A DNA stretch of 63,834 nucleotides, the filler included, from Folioceros fuciformis (lineage: Eukaryota): NCBI GenBank assembly GCA_049999805.1. It is 9 parts of 9 records of this genome, joined end to end, with 100 filler letters (N's around TTAATTAATTAA, not from the genome) between each part and the next. Parts side by side here need not be neighbours in the genome. Positions count along the whole stretch, not along the records: positions 1 to 29,610 come from JBNGIO010002041.1; positions 29,711 to 48,360 come from JBNGIO010002046.1; 7 more parts are not named here. The stretch is one strand, 5' to 3'. A program made the translations under genes and the position numbers. Positions 24,801-36,357 of this stretch are shown one piece after another; the stretch's first letter is position 1, and each line of letters starts with the position of its first letter. The notes below the pieces were generated by a model. The model saw only the letters and a list, made by a program, of their open reading frames with translations. It was not told the DNA's origin and ran no database searches.

Positions 24801-27560
24801 TTGTCCCATTGCACCTGATCCAGCCAAATGCATGACGCCAGATCTGAATTCAGACAATCAGGTTGTGACTCCAACCACTTCATCGGCTGTACAACGTCAT
24901 TTACTCCATCTACATGATTAGGTTCCCTGGCCTGCATTGGGCCTTGTGACCCTATTGACTCTAATCGTAACATCTGAGGGTGCCTATGCATTTGTACAAC
25001 TCTACCACCTGGCCTGCTCAGAGGCTCAATTAAAATAGGTCTACACTGACTATCAGGAGGTCTCAGGTTCTCCTTTCCATACATCCCAGACACACCGAGA
25101 GACAAACCCTTCTCAGTTGAGCATTCATTGTCAACCTCCTCTGAAAGATCTGAGGAACCATCCTCAACTTGGCCCTGACCCCGTTCCTGTTCATTTTTTG
25201 TGCATACATCTTCTCCCCACAAAATTTGGTCTTCCCAGTCTTGTTGGTACAATGCTTCAAAGTTGGCGGAAGGCATGAGGTTCATAGAAGCTGACAAATG
25301 CTCCCAATCAGCACTCTCAGATTTCATGGGCTCTGAAGCAACAAACACTACTTTCTTCGATCTTGTCTTCGGCTTCCTGTCATATCCAACGCCAGGAAGG
25401 AAAGGTTCACTGTCATCTAACGCACTACCATCTGTTCCCTCAGTTTCATCCTCTGCACTCATATCTTCAGCTTCATCCAAGGATACATGACTGTCAACGC
25501 AAACATTAGAGCAAGTCTTAAAAACTTCTTCCTCATCAAATTCCAGAGCTTCAGAAGCCTCTTCCACACGTTCCCTCCTCTCTGTGCCACAGAAACAAAG
25601 GGTGGCCTCAGTCAAACCCATCCCGACTGCAAGACATCTGAGGAAAACCAATCCAGAACATCATCCATCGAATATGACCAGATAGAAACCTTTAGGGAAT
25701 GGTCTTTTATGCCGTGCCTTTCGGTTCCCAATGGGCCAATACGGTTCCCTCACACCAAACAACTCAGAAAACCGAAGAACATCTTGGCCCTCTATCTGAC
25801 ATAGGACAGGTAGTTTCTCTTTGTCCTCTGCAGCCGAAACAACATGATTGAACACAGGTAATTTCTCGTTGCCCTCTGCAGTCGAATCAACATCATCGAA
25901 GACAGGTAATTTGTCGTTGTCCTCTACTGTCGAATCAAAATTATGAAGGACGGGTATTTTCTCATTGTCCTCTACAGTCGAATCAAAGTCATTGAGGACA
26001 GGTAGCTTCTCAGTGTCCTCTGCAGTTGAATCGACATCATTGGCCACAGATAGATCCTGCAATACACCAGCCTTTGTCACTTTCAAGTCCACAAATCCTT
26101 CTCATGCTGGAAGACTAGAGTAGAGCCACCCAAGAGAACTGCTATGGCAGCGCCGCTTTATTCTAGTGGGCAGCTTCCAGCCCTAAAACTGCAGCGACAC
26201 TTTACCTGACTCGGCTCGGGCTCACCCTCAAACTCTTCCACTGAATGGTCTGATTTCGTGTGTCCTACAATCAAGCGACAGCATCAACATCTCATCAACC
26301 GTGAAAGCCCTCATCCACACATCAAACACTGCGACAGCCTCTCCTGACGGCTTCCATCTGCTATCAAGCTCTACGAAAGCACTAGTTCTCAGGGTCCTGC
26401 TGCGACCTGCATCTTCGTCGAAGGAAATATCCTGGACTGGTTCATCATGATCATGCAAACTGTCAGCCTCGTCATCTTCATCATAATTATCTTCTTCAGG
26501 TACGAAGGTGCCAGGCTCAGCAGCTAAAGCTGCTTGGGCATAAAATTGTTCATCCTGCTGATGGGGCACATGCAGCTCCGGATCCTCGTACTCTTCTTCT
26601 ACATCCTCAATCTCTTCTTGTATGTCCTCATAATCCACGGCATCGTCAGCCTTCCTTCCATAGTCTGCAACAGTGGCACACCGACCTCAGCTACCAAAAA
26701 AAGAGTGGTCACGCTCACCGCAAGACACAGGTACTCTAAACCTGAGGAGAACAAAGACCCTCTTCCCACTCCCATCCACCGAGTCATGAGAATTCCACTC
26801 TTCAACAATGTCACACATCCTCTTACCCTCCTTGTCCTCAACTGGGCTCCCAGCTGCAGCCGCAGTCGTCGAGGAAAGCTGGAGACAATGACCAAATCCA
26901 TGAGCGCGAGGTAGTTTAACCAACACGGAAATTGCACCTGCGCTAAGGGCTAACCACCACACTTCCTGGGCTGCACCTCGGAGGCCCAGTCGAGGTGAAG
27001 GAGAAGGCTGTTACGCAGGACATCCCCAAGTTCAACAGAACAGAGCTGTATCCACTAAGAAGGAAAGAGAACTTACGACGTTCAGCGGAACAACGCTACC
27101 GAGAGCTGAGAGATTGTCCTTCGCATCCTGAAGACCGCAACGACAACAATTTCATTCATTCACAGTTGCAGGATTTGCGAGCTCAAGAGCAACAGTTGCA
27201 AACTCGGAAAACCCAAAACATCACAGCACAAGCCAAACCCCGCACCAGGGACTGGCTACAGTTTCAGATTTCGTTCCCCGTTCCAACCAACCCAGATTTC
27301 GCCAAGCCCGCCACAGTCCAGCGATTCATGCCAAGCGCATGCCAAGCCAAATCGCGGTCCAAGCTGCAGAACAGGCGCCAGGAGTAGCGGCACCCACGGA
27401 GCATCGGACAGACAGATCGGTCTCGACACTGAGGAGAAGTACGGACCTGATCAAGGTACTCGGCATCGAGACCTCCATCGTCGTCCAGGTTCCCAAACAT
27501 AATCCCGAATTGCCATCTCCCGCCGTTCTCCTCTTCATCTTCATCCTCCCAATTTGGCAT
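18838..27560 (-). CDS. TAF1: Transcription initiation factor TFIID subunit 1 (TAF1/HAF), many exons
   Basis: N-terminus MPNWEDED...FGIMFGNLDDDGGLDAEYLD (TAND); RFNISNDKYY; plant-type ubiquitin-like insert (~24260-23950); DUF3591 core (LETNLYRAPVF, DFLLVRS, YESMQAGLYHLK, IGDPSGRGLGFSY); zinc knuckle ending H-MRTNKKCP; C-terminal bromodomain (LFLKPVSKKEAPDYLQYVKRPMDL...NAHIYN). Confidence 0.95.
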
Positions 27561-27738
27561 GGTGTAACACGTACCAATCTCATCCGCCGGCGTCGCGGAA
27601 GAGCCTTCAGCCTTCCTCTGCACCCCTTCACGGTGAGGCTGGGATGTCTCTGAAACAACAGCAAGCCGTGTCGTGGCTGACCCCTACTTATAAGCTGGAG
27701 GGGAGCCCCAAGGGGTTTAAATCCATAAGTAGAGGCAT

Positions 27739-27746
27739 AAACCCTA
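27739..27746 (+). promoter_or_regulatory. Telo-box (AAACCCTA) in the shared TAF1/NOP2 upstream region
   Basis: Exact AAACCCTA ending 46 bp upstream of the NOP2 ATG. Telo-boxes are established elements of plant ribosome-biogenesis genes. Confidence 0.55.
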
Positions 27747-27791
27747 GTCTCGAAACAACGCAGCAGCCTGTACCATCGTCTCGGTAGCGCA

Positions 27792-29610
27792 ATGGCCCCA
27801 GCGAGGAAGCGCGAAGGTCTGGGCTCTGGGATCCGTAATGCCAACCGGCAGCAGGTGGCAGCAGTGGGGAAGCGCAAGCAGGGGAAAGCGGTGGAGCAGC
27901 CGGATTCCAATAAGGATCTCTTCGCGGATGCGGACGGGGCGTTGTCCGATTCTGATGGTGTTGCGGACGACGATTTCTTGATAGGGAATGTGCAAGGGTT
28001 GGACGGGAATGAGGAGCTGAGCAGCAGTGGTGATGAGGAGGAGGAGGAAGAAGCGGGAGAGGAAGAGGAAGAAGAGCAGACTAGAGATGCAAAATTTCAG
28101 CTGAAGGCCGATAAGGCTGGTAAGAAGGATAGCAAGGGGAGGAAGAAGGAGAAGAAGGGGTTCAGTGATGACAACAGGGCCTGGTTGAAGCTGAAGGCGA
28201 CGGACATCGAGTCCGATGACGACGCAGACCGAGGCGAGGGTTTCAGTTCCGAGGGTGGAAGTGATGGGGAGCTGGAGGTTGAGAAGAAGGCGAGGAAGCT
28301 GGATTTTTCTAAGGCGCGCGAGGAAAAAGAAGCTGCGGAGGAGCTGCAATTAAATATTCGAGGACAGGGAGATGATTTTGAGTTGCCGACGGAGGAGGAG
28401 TTGGAGGAGGAGGCAAGGTCCCCTCCCGATCTGCCGACGTTGCAACGGCGGATTAAGGATATCGTCCGGGTTTTGTCTAACTTCAGGGCTCTCAGGAGGG
28501 AAGGAGTTCCCCGCTCCGAGTATACGAAGCGGCTAGCAGTGGATTTGGCTGCGTACTATGGGTATAACGCTTTTTTGCTGGACACGTTTCTGCAGATGTT
28601 TCCGATTGCGGAGGCTATTGAGTTTCTTGAGGCGAATGAGAAGCCGCGACCTGTGTCGCTGCGAACGAATACTTTGAAGGCGCGGAGGCGGGATCTGGCG
28701 GCCGTGTTAATCAACAGGGGGGTTAACTTGGATCCTCTTGGGAAGTGGTCCAAGGTTGGATTGGTTGTGTACGAATCTCAGGTACCCGTTGGAGCGACCC
28801 CAGAGTACATGGCTGGGCATTACATGCTTCAGAGTGCTTGCTCGTTTCTTCCCGTTATGGCTTTGGCAGCTCAAGAGAGGGAGCGGGTCGTTGACATGGC
28901 TGCTGCACCAGGGGGCAAGACAACCTACATAGCTGCATTGATGAAGAACACGGGAGTCATTTTTGCCAATGAGCTGAAGAAGCCTAGGCTGAAGTCTCTC
29001 TGTGCGAATATTCATCGTATGGGGGTAACGAACACCATCGTATGCAACTACGATGGACGTCAGCTCCCGAAAATCTTAGGTCACAATATCGCGGACAGGG
29101 TATTGCTGGATGCGCCTTGCAGTGGCACCGGAATCATTGCCAAGGATCAGTCGGTTAAGGTTAGTAAAAGTGCAGATGACATCCAGCGATGCGCTGCACT
29201 TCAAAAGGAATTGATTCTGGCTGCTATTGATATGGTGGATGCCGCATCTAAGACGGGCGGCTACGTTGTGTACTCGACGTGTTCAGTGCTGGTGGGCGAG
29301 AATGAAGCTGTTGTGGACTACGCGTTACGGAAGCGGGATGTCAAGGTTGTGCCCTGTGGGCTTGATTTCGGTCGCCCTGGGTTTATAAAATTTAGGGAAC
29401 ATAGATTCCACACATCATTAGTCAACACCAGGCGGTTCTACCCTCATGTCCACAATCTGGACGGTTTCTTCGTTGCAAAACTGAAGAAACTCAGCAACAA
29501 GAAAATTACTCCAGAGTCTCAAGATGATCAGTCTGGAGGGATTGCAGGCACCGCTTTGGAAAATTCGCACACGGCGGATGAGAATGGGGATACTGTTATG
29601 CATCTAGAAG
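27792..29610 (+). CDS. NOP2: 25S rRNA cytosine-C5 methyltransferase NOP2/NSUN1, intronless in the visible part, 3' end lost in linker
   Basis: Acidic N-terminus, [66 protein letters not shown]. Confidence 0.96.
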
Positions 29611-29710
29611 NNNNNNNNNNNNNNNNNNNNNNNNNNNNNNNNNNNNNNNNNNNNTTAATTAATTAANNNNNNNNNNNNNNNNNNNNNNNNNNNNNNNNNN
29701 NNNNNNNNNN
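29611..29710. other. Artificial contig linker N44-TTAATTAATTAA-N44. Identical linkers at 48361-48460, 50734-50833, 52589-52688, 55474-55573, 57662-57761, 59515-59614 and 61823-61922
   Basis: Exactly 100 bp each, with a 12-mer giving stops in all six frames. Genes are cut at these points. Confidence 0.98.
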
Positions 29711-29712
29711 CT

Positions 29713-32700
29713 CTCGCTGTTTCCGCTCCCTCTTCGTCCTACAGTTTTGCCCCTTCTGTCGGAGAGAGCAGCGCCGGGAGCCGCACTGAGCCTGTGGCGT
29801 ACTCTGGGTTTCTGGGGGCTTCCCATCTTCCATCTTCGTCCCCAGCTCACAATTTGCCTGCATTTCCGGCCCCGTCCCCCGTCTATTCGCTTCCCAGGTC
29901 TGCCCTGCCCGCAGCTGTGCCACAGACTTCGTTTCCCTTGTCAACCCCACACTTGACTTATATTCCGATCCCGACGAAGAGTCCCGTACTGGCTGGGCCA
30001 CAAAGTGGTATCAGTAGGCTGAGTCTATTTCCTCGGGAGCCGGTGAAATCCGCAGCAGCGGCTGATGGATCCAGATCGTCCTCAGGATCGCCTGAGAATT
30101 TTTATCCCTCAGCAGGGAATGAGAAGCTGTATGAGGCCTACAATGATCTGCACAGTCTTGCTCAGGATTTCCACAAGCCTTTTGACGCCCCGGCCATTCT
30201 GGTAGTTGGTCATCAGACTGACGGGAAAAGCGCCTTGGTGGAAGCGCTCATGGGTTTCCAGTTCAACCATGTAGGCGGGGGGACCAAGACAAGAAGGCCA
30301 ATCACGCTTCACATGAAGTATAATGCATCGTGTGCAGAGCCGGTATGTTTCCTGGTGACAGAAGATCGCCCGCCCAAGGAGGAAGAGAAAAGCCTGGAGG
30401 AGCTTCAGGTCGGTTTTGCTCAATCATCTTGCTCGCCTGTAGGCGTTCACTGTGCATGTTTGGACGACGTCCCCTGACGAGATGCGATGCCTTTGAGTGT
30501 AGGCCTACATTGAAACAGAGAACATGAGGTTGGAGCGTGAAGCTTGCCAGTTCTGGGCGAAGGAGATTGTGGTGAAGATTGAGTACAAGTACTGCCCCAA
30601 TCTCACCATCATTGATACCCCTGGTCTTATTGCTGCTGCACCGGGCCGCAAAAATCAATCACTGCAGGTTTTTCTCCTCTTTCTCCTTCATGCTCCCATC
30701 TTCTCGTAGTATTTCGTGTTGGTGCTCTAGCACTCTCTGAACGGCTCGTAGGCTGACTGTCTGCCCCTCCAGACTCAAGGACGAGCAGTGGAGGCATTGG
30801 TGCGCTCAAAGATGCAGCAGAAAGAGTTTATTATCCTTTGTCTCGAAGACTGCAGTGATTGGAGTAATGCAACAACAAGGCGAGTTGTCATGCAAGTAAG
30901 CCCAAGATCCCACTTTTATACCGAAACTCTCATTTCCACTGTGAGACCTGAAGCAGGAGCTTATTTGTGCTCTGTGGACTGGCTTTGTTCGTTTGCAGAT
31001 GGACCCAGAACTGTCTAGGACTGTGGTGGTTTCCACAAAGTTAGATACACGTATTCCTCAGTTCGCAAGGTCTGCAGACGTTGAGTTGTTCTTACGTCCC
31101 CCTCCTCGATTGTTGGATGGGAACCTTCTTGGAGACACACCATTTTTCACTTCCGTGCCATCTGGAAGGGTTGGCAGCACACGGGATGCTGTTTACAGAT
31201 CAAATGATCACTTCAGAGAGGTATCGACTTTTCGCCACTGGTGGTTTTTCAACACTCCTCTAAGCTAATAGGTGTTGTCTAAGATCAAGCTATCTTGGTC
31301 TGATTTGTGTTGAACAGGCTGTGGCATTAAGAGAGTCGCAAGATGTTGCTTCATTGGAAGAGAAATTAGATCGACCCCTTGTGAAGGAAGAGCGTAGTCA
31401 TGTGGGAGTGAGCAGGCTACGGTGGTTTCTTGAGCAGCTCTTGCAATGGAGGTTGGGCTTTGCTTGTGTGTATGCAATTACATGGCTGGAACCTTTTACC
31501 GCACGCTATGCGTCCAGTAGATGTACATTCTGGACTATTCCTTCAGTGTTTGTGTTGTGATACTGGGGCATCGGCTGTGAGTTTTCTCAGGTACATGGAA
31601 AGTGTCCCAACAATCGTGCCATTACTGGATAAAGAGTACCGCAACGTTACCATCAAATTGCAGCAGACTAATCAGGAGCTTGGGTGCGCTTGTTGTGCCT
31701 CTTCCTTTTCTTGCAAGGAACTTCTGCACGGATGACTGGTCTAATCTTATGCTCCTTCAGGAATCTGGATGAAACGAAGCTCAAAGAAAGAGGGCGTGTA
31801 TTTAGAGACTCCTTCTTGGCAAAGGTATTGGTTCTGCATAGATCAACAAACTCCATATCGATTTGTCGGGTGTGTCAGAGCTGTTCCCTTATTTGACTCC
31901 TGTGAATTGTCGCCATTGTTCAGCTTTCCTTGCTTCTCAAAGGGACGGTAGTAGCCCCACCAGAAAAATTCGGTCAGTGAAAGTTGCTGCGTACCGTCTT
32001 CCATCAGCTAGTGATCCGGGCTGGAGGTCCAACGTTGCTTGCCTCAAATGCTGTCCTCGTCTAAGCCAGATCTTGTTGTTCAGGAGAAACCCTTCAAGAC
32101 GAACGGGTGCATGGTGGCGCCTTCGTAGGTTCGGATGGTCAGCAAATTCCCTACAAACACATGCCGGTATGCTTGCAGAGCTATGCCAGCACGAACATTT
32201 CTAACCGCAAGTCATCCGCACTAACGTCATGCTATAATCCGTTGACTGAGTGGACTCTTCCTCCAGAATGCCACGATGCGGCTATATGGAGGTGCCCAAT
32301 ACCACCGGGCTATGGCGGAGTTCCGTTTCATTGTGGGAGGAGTGAAATGTCCGGCTATTAGTAGAGAGGAGATCGTGAATGCCTGTGGTGTAGAAGATGT
32401 TCATGATGGAACGAACTACTTCAGGTTGTTGCTTTGCACTTGCCTCACTAGGACAAGCATTGGCATGTGGTTACTAACCCAGAGCCCTATTTGCAGAACT
32501 GCGTGCGTGATCGCTGTGGCCAAAGCGAGGGATGTGTTCGAGCCTTTCTTGCATCAGGTGCAGGAGTGAACTATGGTGTATTTCGTAAGCGGTTTGTCAC
32601 GTACCTTAGGCAAAATGTGTCTTGTAGCCTGAATCTAATCGAGCCTTGCCGTTTGCAGCTAGGATTTCGGTTATCTCATGTTTTGCGGCGGCTTCTTCCC

Positions 32701-33966
32701 ATAGCGCTGTATCTCCTGCAGGTTGCTCTTCGACTGAACCTCGTTGTGGACAACTTTTGATCTATTTGGTGTTTGGTTTCTCGTATCGTTGAATTGTGTG
32801 TAAAGGTCCTTCGATACGTTGCTCGTATCAGAGGGATGGAGCGTACCGGCATGATATGTTCATGAAGCGTGTGTCAACTGCTTTTCACATCTTCGTCGAA
32901 GGAACAGAGCGCGCGTGCAGAGAGAAGTAACAGTTGCAGTGATACAAGCTTTGGCGTCGAACTTGCTGGATTTTTTATTTCGTCAAACACTGACTTGTGG
33001 AGTCTGTCACACAGATGTATGGAGGATCTTTTAAGTACAACGCGGTACGTAACGTGGTCTTTGCACAACAAGGTCAGTCATCCTCCGTGCTTCATGTTTC
33101 GCTGTTTGCGGGGAACTCGCTCCCATGGACAGCTTGACGAGTCGTCTTATCCGTTTAATCCGTACTGTCTGTTGACTGCAGAATCGGTCTGGTCTTCGGC
33201 AATTTTTGGATACGTTTTCAGCTCGAGAGCAGCCTGCCACTTCCAACACGAGCCCGGTCTGTTCGGAAACCGGTGCTATTGCTGGGAATAGCAACAAGCA
33301 AGACATCAAAAGCCGACAAGATGTGAAGCCCCAGCCCATCTGCGTAGGAGAGGCGGGCACAGGAAGCAATCAAACCACGCAAGGCCGATTGGTTGACCTT
33401 CTGGAGAGCACACTGTGGAACAGAAAATTGGCTCCGTCATCTGAAGAAATTGTGAATGCTCTTGTCGCACAAATCTTCGAAGGCATTAGGGACCACTTCG
33501 TGGCTGCGGCGGAACTGAAAGTGAGATTCGTTTTCAGTAAGACGCGGCCGGAAGATTCAGTATCCATTTCCTCCCTTCCCTCGGCTACTGATCAGTGGCA
33601 TCCTGTTGCAGTTCAATTGCTTCTTTCTGATGCCCGTGGTGGATAAGTTCCCGACGTTGCTGCGAGAGGACTTGGAGTCGGCCTTCGATGAGGATATCGA
33701 CAACGTCTTCGACGTCGCCCAAGCGAGGAGAACTCTGGAGCAACAGAGGGGTGACTTGGAATTCGAACTTCGAAGGGTAAGGCCATCGCCCTCTCTCCAG
33801 CCCCGGCTGCCAGCATTCATGTTTATCATTGCCTCACATGCTGTGGATGCTCCAGGTGGAGAGGTTACAGGAGAAGTTCGCCAGCATTCACCATAATCTT
33901 AGCACCTCCCAACCTGTATCGCTACCTTCAAAGGACTCATCCGAGGAGACGCTGTTTTCTGCCTAG
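29713..33966 (+). CDS. ARC5: Dynamin-related protein 5B / ARC5 (chloroplast and peroxisome division), 5'-truncated, many exons
   Basis: LYEAYNDLHSLAQ...APAILVVGHQTDGKSALVEALMGFQFNHVGGGTKTRRPITLHMKY, IIDTPGL, VSTKLD, RLYGGAQYHRAMAEF, KFNCFFLMP. The frame is open from the linker; stop TAG at 33964-33966. Confidence 0.95.
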
Positions 33967-34632
33967 AGGGGGGCGAGATGGCCACCTGATGGAAAATACG
34001 TACCTAGTTTATCAGTCACTGCTGGACAGTAGGTTCGCATGTGACATGCTTTTGTACACTATTTTAGGTAGCCTGAATCCTGGCTGGACGAGTGCTGTGA
34101 AGATTAAGGGAGCCTGTTGTCATTGTTCTGCAATTCGATGAGATAAGTGTGTAGCACGTGCAAGGTGGGGGTTGGGCGTGGGTACCGGTAGCTTGGTTAT
34201 GAAGGAAGAAAGACTGGAATGGTTTTCTCAGGTGAAGAAGTGTATAATTTTATTGGTGTCCAATGGGACCTACCGCTGACCCGGTCGTGACCGGGTACAA
34301 TAAATCGTGTTTGTAAGGAAAAAGGTGGACTTCTCGGCTGGCTGTGGTTCAATAGAGTACAGTGCAGGACTGCTGGGCCTTGGACGGGTCAGCATCGCCC
34401 CGTGTTGTGCTGTGGCAAAAAACAGCTGCATCCCCTTCCGAGTCCGCAACTTGGTTGTTCGCTTCTTGTGTGGAGAGGAGAATGGGCGAGGACCCGACCC
34501 ATAGCCCACAGCTGTCGGAGGAGCACAGCACAAGTCGTTGAGAAAATCCTTTCTTGCTGTGTAGGTGACAGGTCCGTGGCGGATGTTCGGACAGCCTGAT
34601 CTGGAGGCTCGCACAATCAGGCCACCAGCAGA

Positions 34633-36357
34633 ATGATGGCGTCCTTCTTCAAATCGGCCAGAAATAAGGTGAAATCAAAATTTCAAGGCCATTCCTCCAA
34701 GGACGACACGCATATCAGGCGAGGCGGAGATGGTGGTAGCAATGGGAGGCGAGGGGCAGCTGTGGAGCCACCGGGAAGTCCGTTGAGGGCAGCCTTCTTC
34801 CCTGCTGCCGGGGGAGCTGTTGCTGTGGTAGATCGGAAGGCGCACTCCGAGGCCAGTATTAACATGGCGAATTTCCGCACTGCGGAGGAGTTCAACCTTG
34901 CTGCTATGCGTTGGCAGCGGGAGCACGAGGGAAAAGGTGGAGAAAACGCGTCCTACACCGATAAGACCCAGATTCATTCCCCGGGTGCCACCTTGGCGAT
35001 GGAGGCGGGCTCGGATGCAGAGGGCGCTCCTCCCAGGGATGATTCTGGTATGGGTATGCACCCGAATCCTGCCCTCCCTAAACCCTGTAGGTGCGTGGGT
35101 GGGCTCCGGGCTCACTGCGACGGGACTCACTCCGTGGCCCTCTCCATCTCACTGGCTTGAGCTCCTGTTGTAGGGAAATACAGCTTCACTCTGGATACCG
35201 TCCAGTCTGCGCTGGACAAGAGCTGCTTCAATGTGGCTGTGCTGGGCCGCGATGGGTGTGGCAAGTCCTCTCTGATCAACGCCTTGTCTGGCCTCGCAGA
35301 CAGTGACGCAGGTAAACTCCTCAACAGGTTGATTGAAAGGATCAAACATCGAGGGTCGGCGACACTTCCCCTGGTCTCACCTTTGGCTTGCTGCTGCTGA
35401 TGTTCAGGGGCAGCTCCAGTGCGAGAGCTGAAGGACATACCCATCCATCCGCAGTTCATCTTCCGCATGCCCAATCCCAGGTATCCGGACTTCATGTTCT
35501 ATGACTTTCCTGGAGCGGACCGGTTCAATACAGAAGCATCTGCCCTGGAGTTGGTGCCTAAGCTTAAGCCCTTCGACTGCATTCTGCTGGTGTCAGCGGA
35601 ACGGTTCTTGGACATGGAGCTGGTACTTGCCAGGGAGTTCACCGCAGACGCTACGACTGAATGCCTGCTGGTGAGAACCCAGGCGGATGTAGCTGCCAAA
35701 GCGCTGTCTGAGGCCTCCTCTATTTCCATGAAGGAGGCCGGAGGCCAACTTCGCGAACGTGTGGAGGCCGAGATCCGGTCTAGGTTCACGAAACCATCCG
35801 ACAACGCAGCCTTGCCCACTGTCTACTTGTTATCATCCAGGTTCCACACCAAGGCTGCCAGGGCGTATCAGCGTGCCATCAGCCAGAGGGGTCGCTTCGA
35901 CAAGACCTTGGAGAGGATGGATGAAAATGTGGTGCAGACCAGGCTGCAGGAGATCTACGATGCGTTCCAAAAACAAAAGGCGGCAGCCAAAGTTCCCCGT
36001 GTCAAGCCAGCACCCACACCCCAGGGAAGCAGAACAGAGCAGGGAGCGAATTCTGGCCAAGCTAACCAGCCCGGGGACGTCTCACCCGTCCGTTCCTTGT
36101 CTACGAAAGGGCGGTGGCAGCCAAACCCTGGAGCACAGGAAGTGCCCCAGAAACTTGCCACTATCGCGGAGAGCTCAGTCAATAGGGGGCAACCACTGCC
36201 AGCCAGAGCCCTGCCTCTTCATGCTGGACACAACTCCTCGAGCACTGTTATTGTGAAAATGGGGTCTGAAGTGAAGATGCCCATCAACAAGACCGTCAAG
36301 TCCATTTCCGTATCGGTATCTCAGGAAGCTGCAACCCTCCAGGTTATATACGCTTGA
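34633..36357 (+). CDS. IRG/IIGP (p47 immunity-related GTPase)-like P-loop protein, 3 exons (34633-35047, 35174-35311, 35408-36357), ~500 aa
   Basis: Phase-compatible GT-AG introns give 1503 nt. G-domain: FNVAVLGRDGCGKSSLINALSGLADSDAGAAP...MPNPRYPDFMFYDFPGA...FDCILLVSAERF...LLVRTQAD...VYLLSS, collinear with IRG G1, G3, the SxxRF motif, G4 and G5. Confidence 0.72.

Noticed and set aside
29655-29666. Recurrent TTAATTAATTAA palindrome (8 copies)
   Set aside because: Always centred in exactly 100 bp of Ns. It is an artificial six-frame-stop linker, not biology, and it also voids any gene-cluster argument across fragments.
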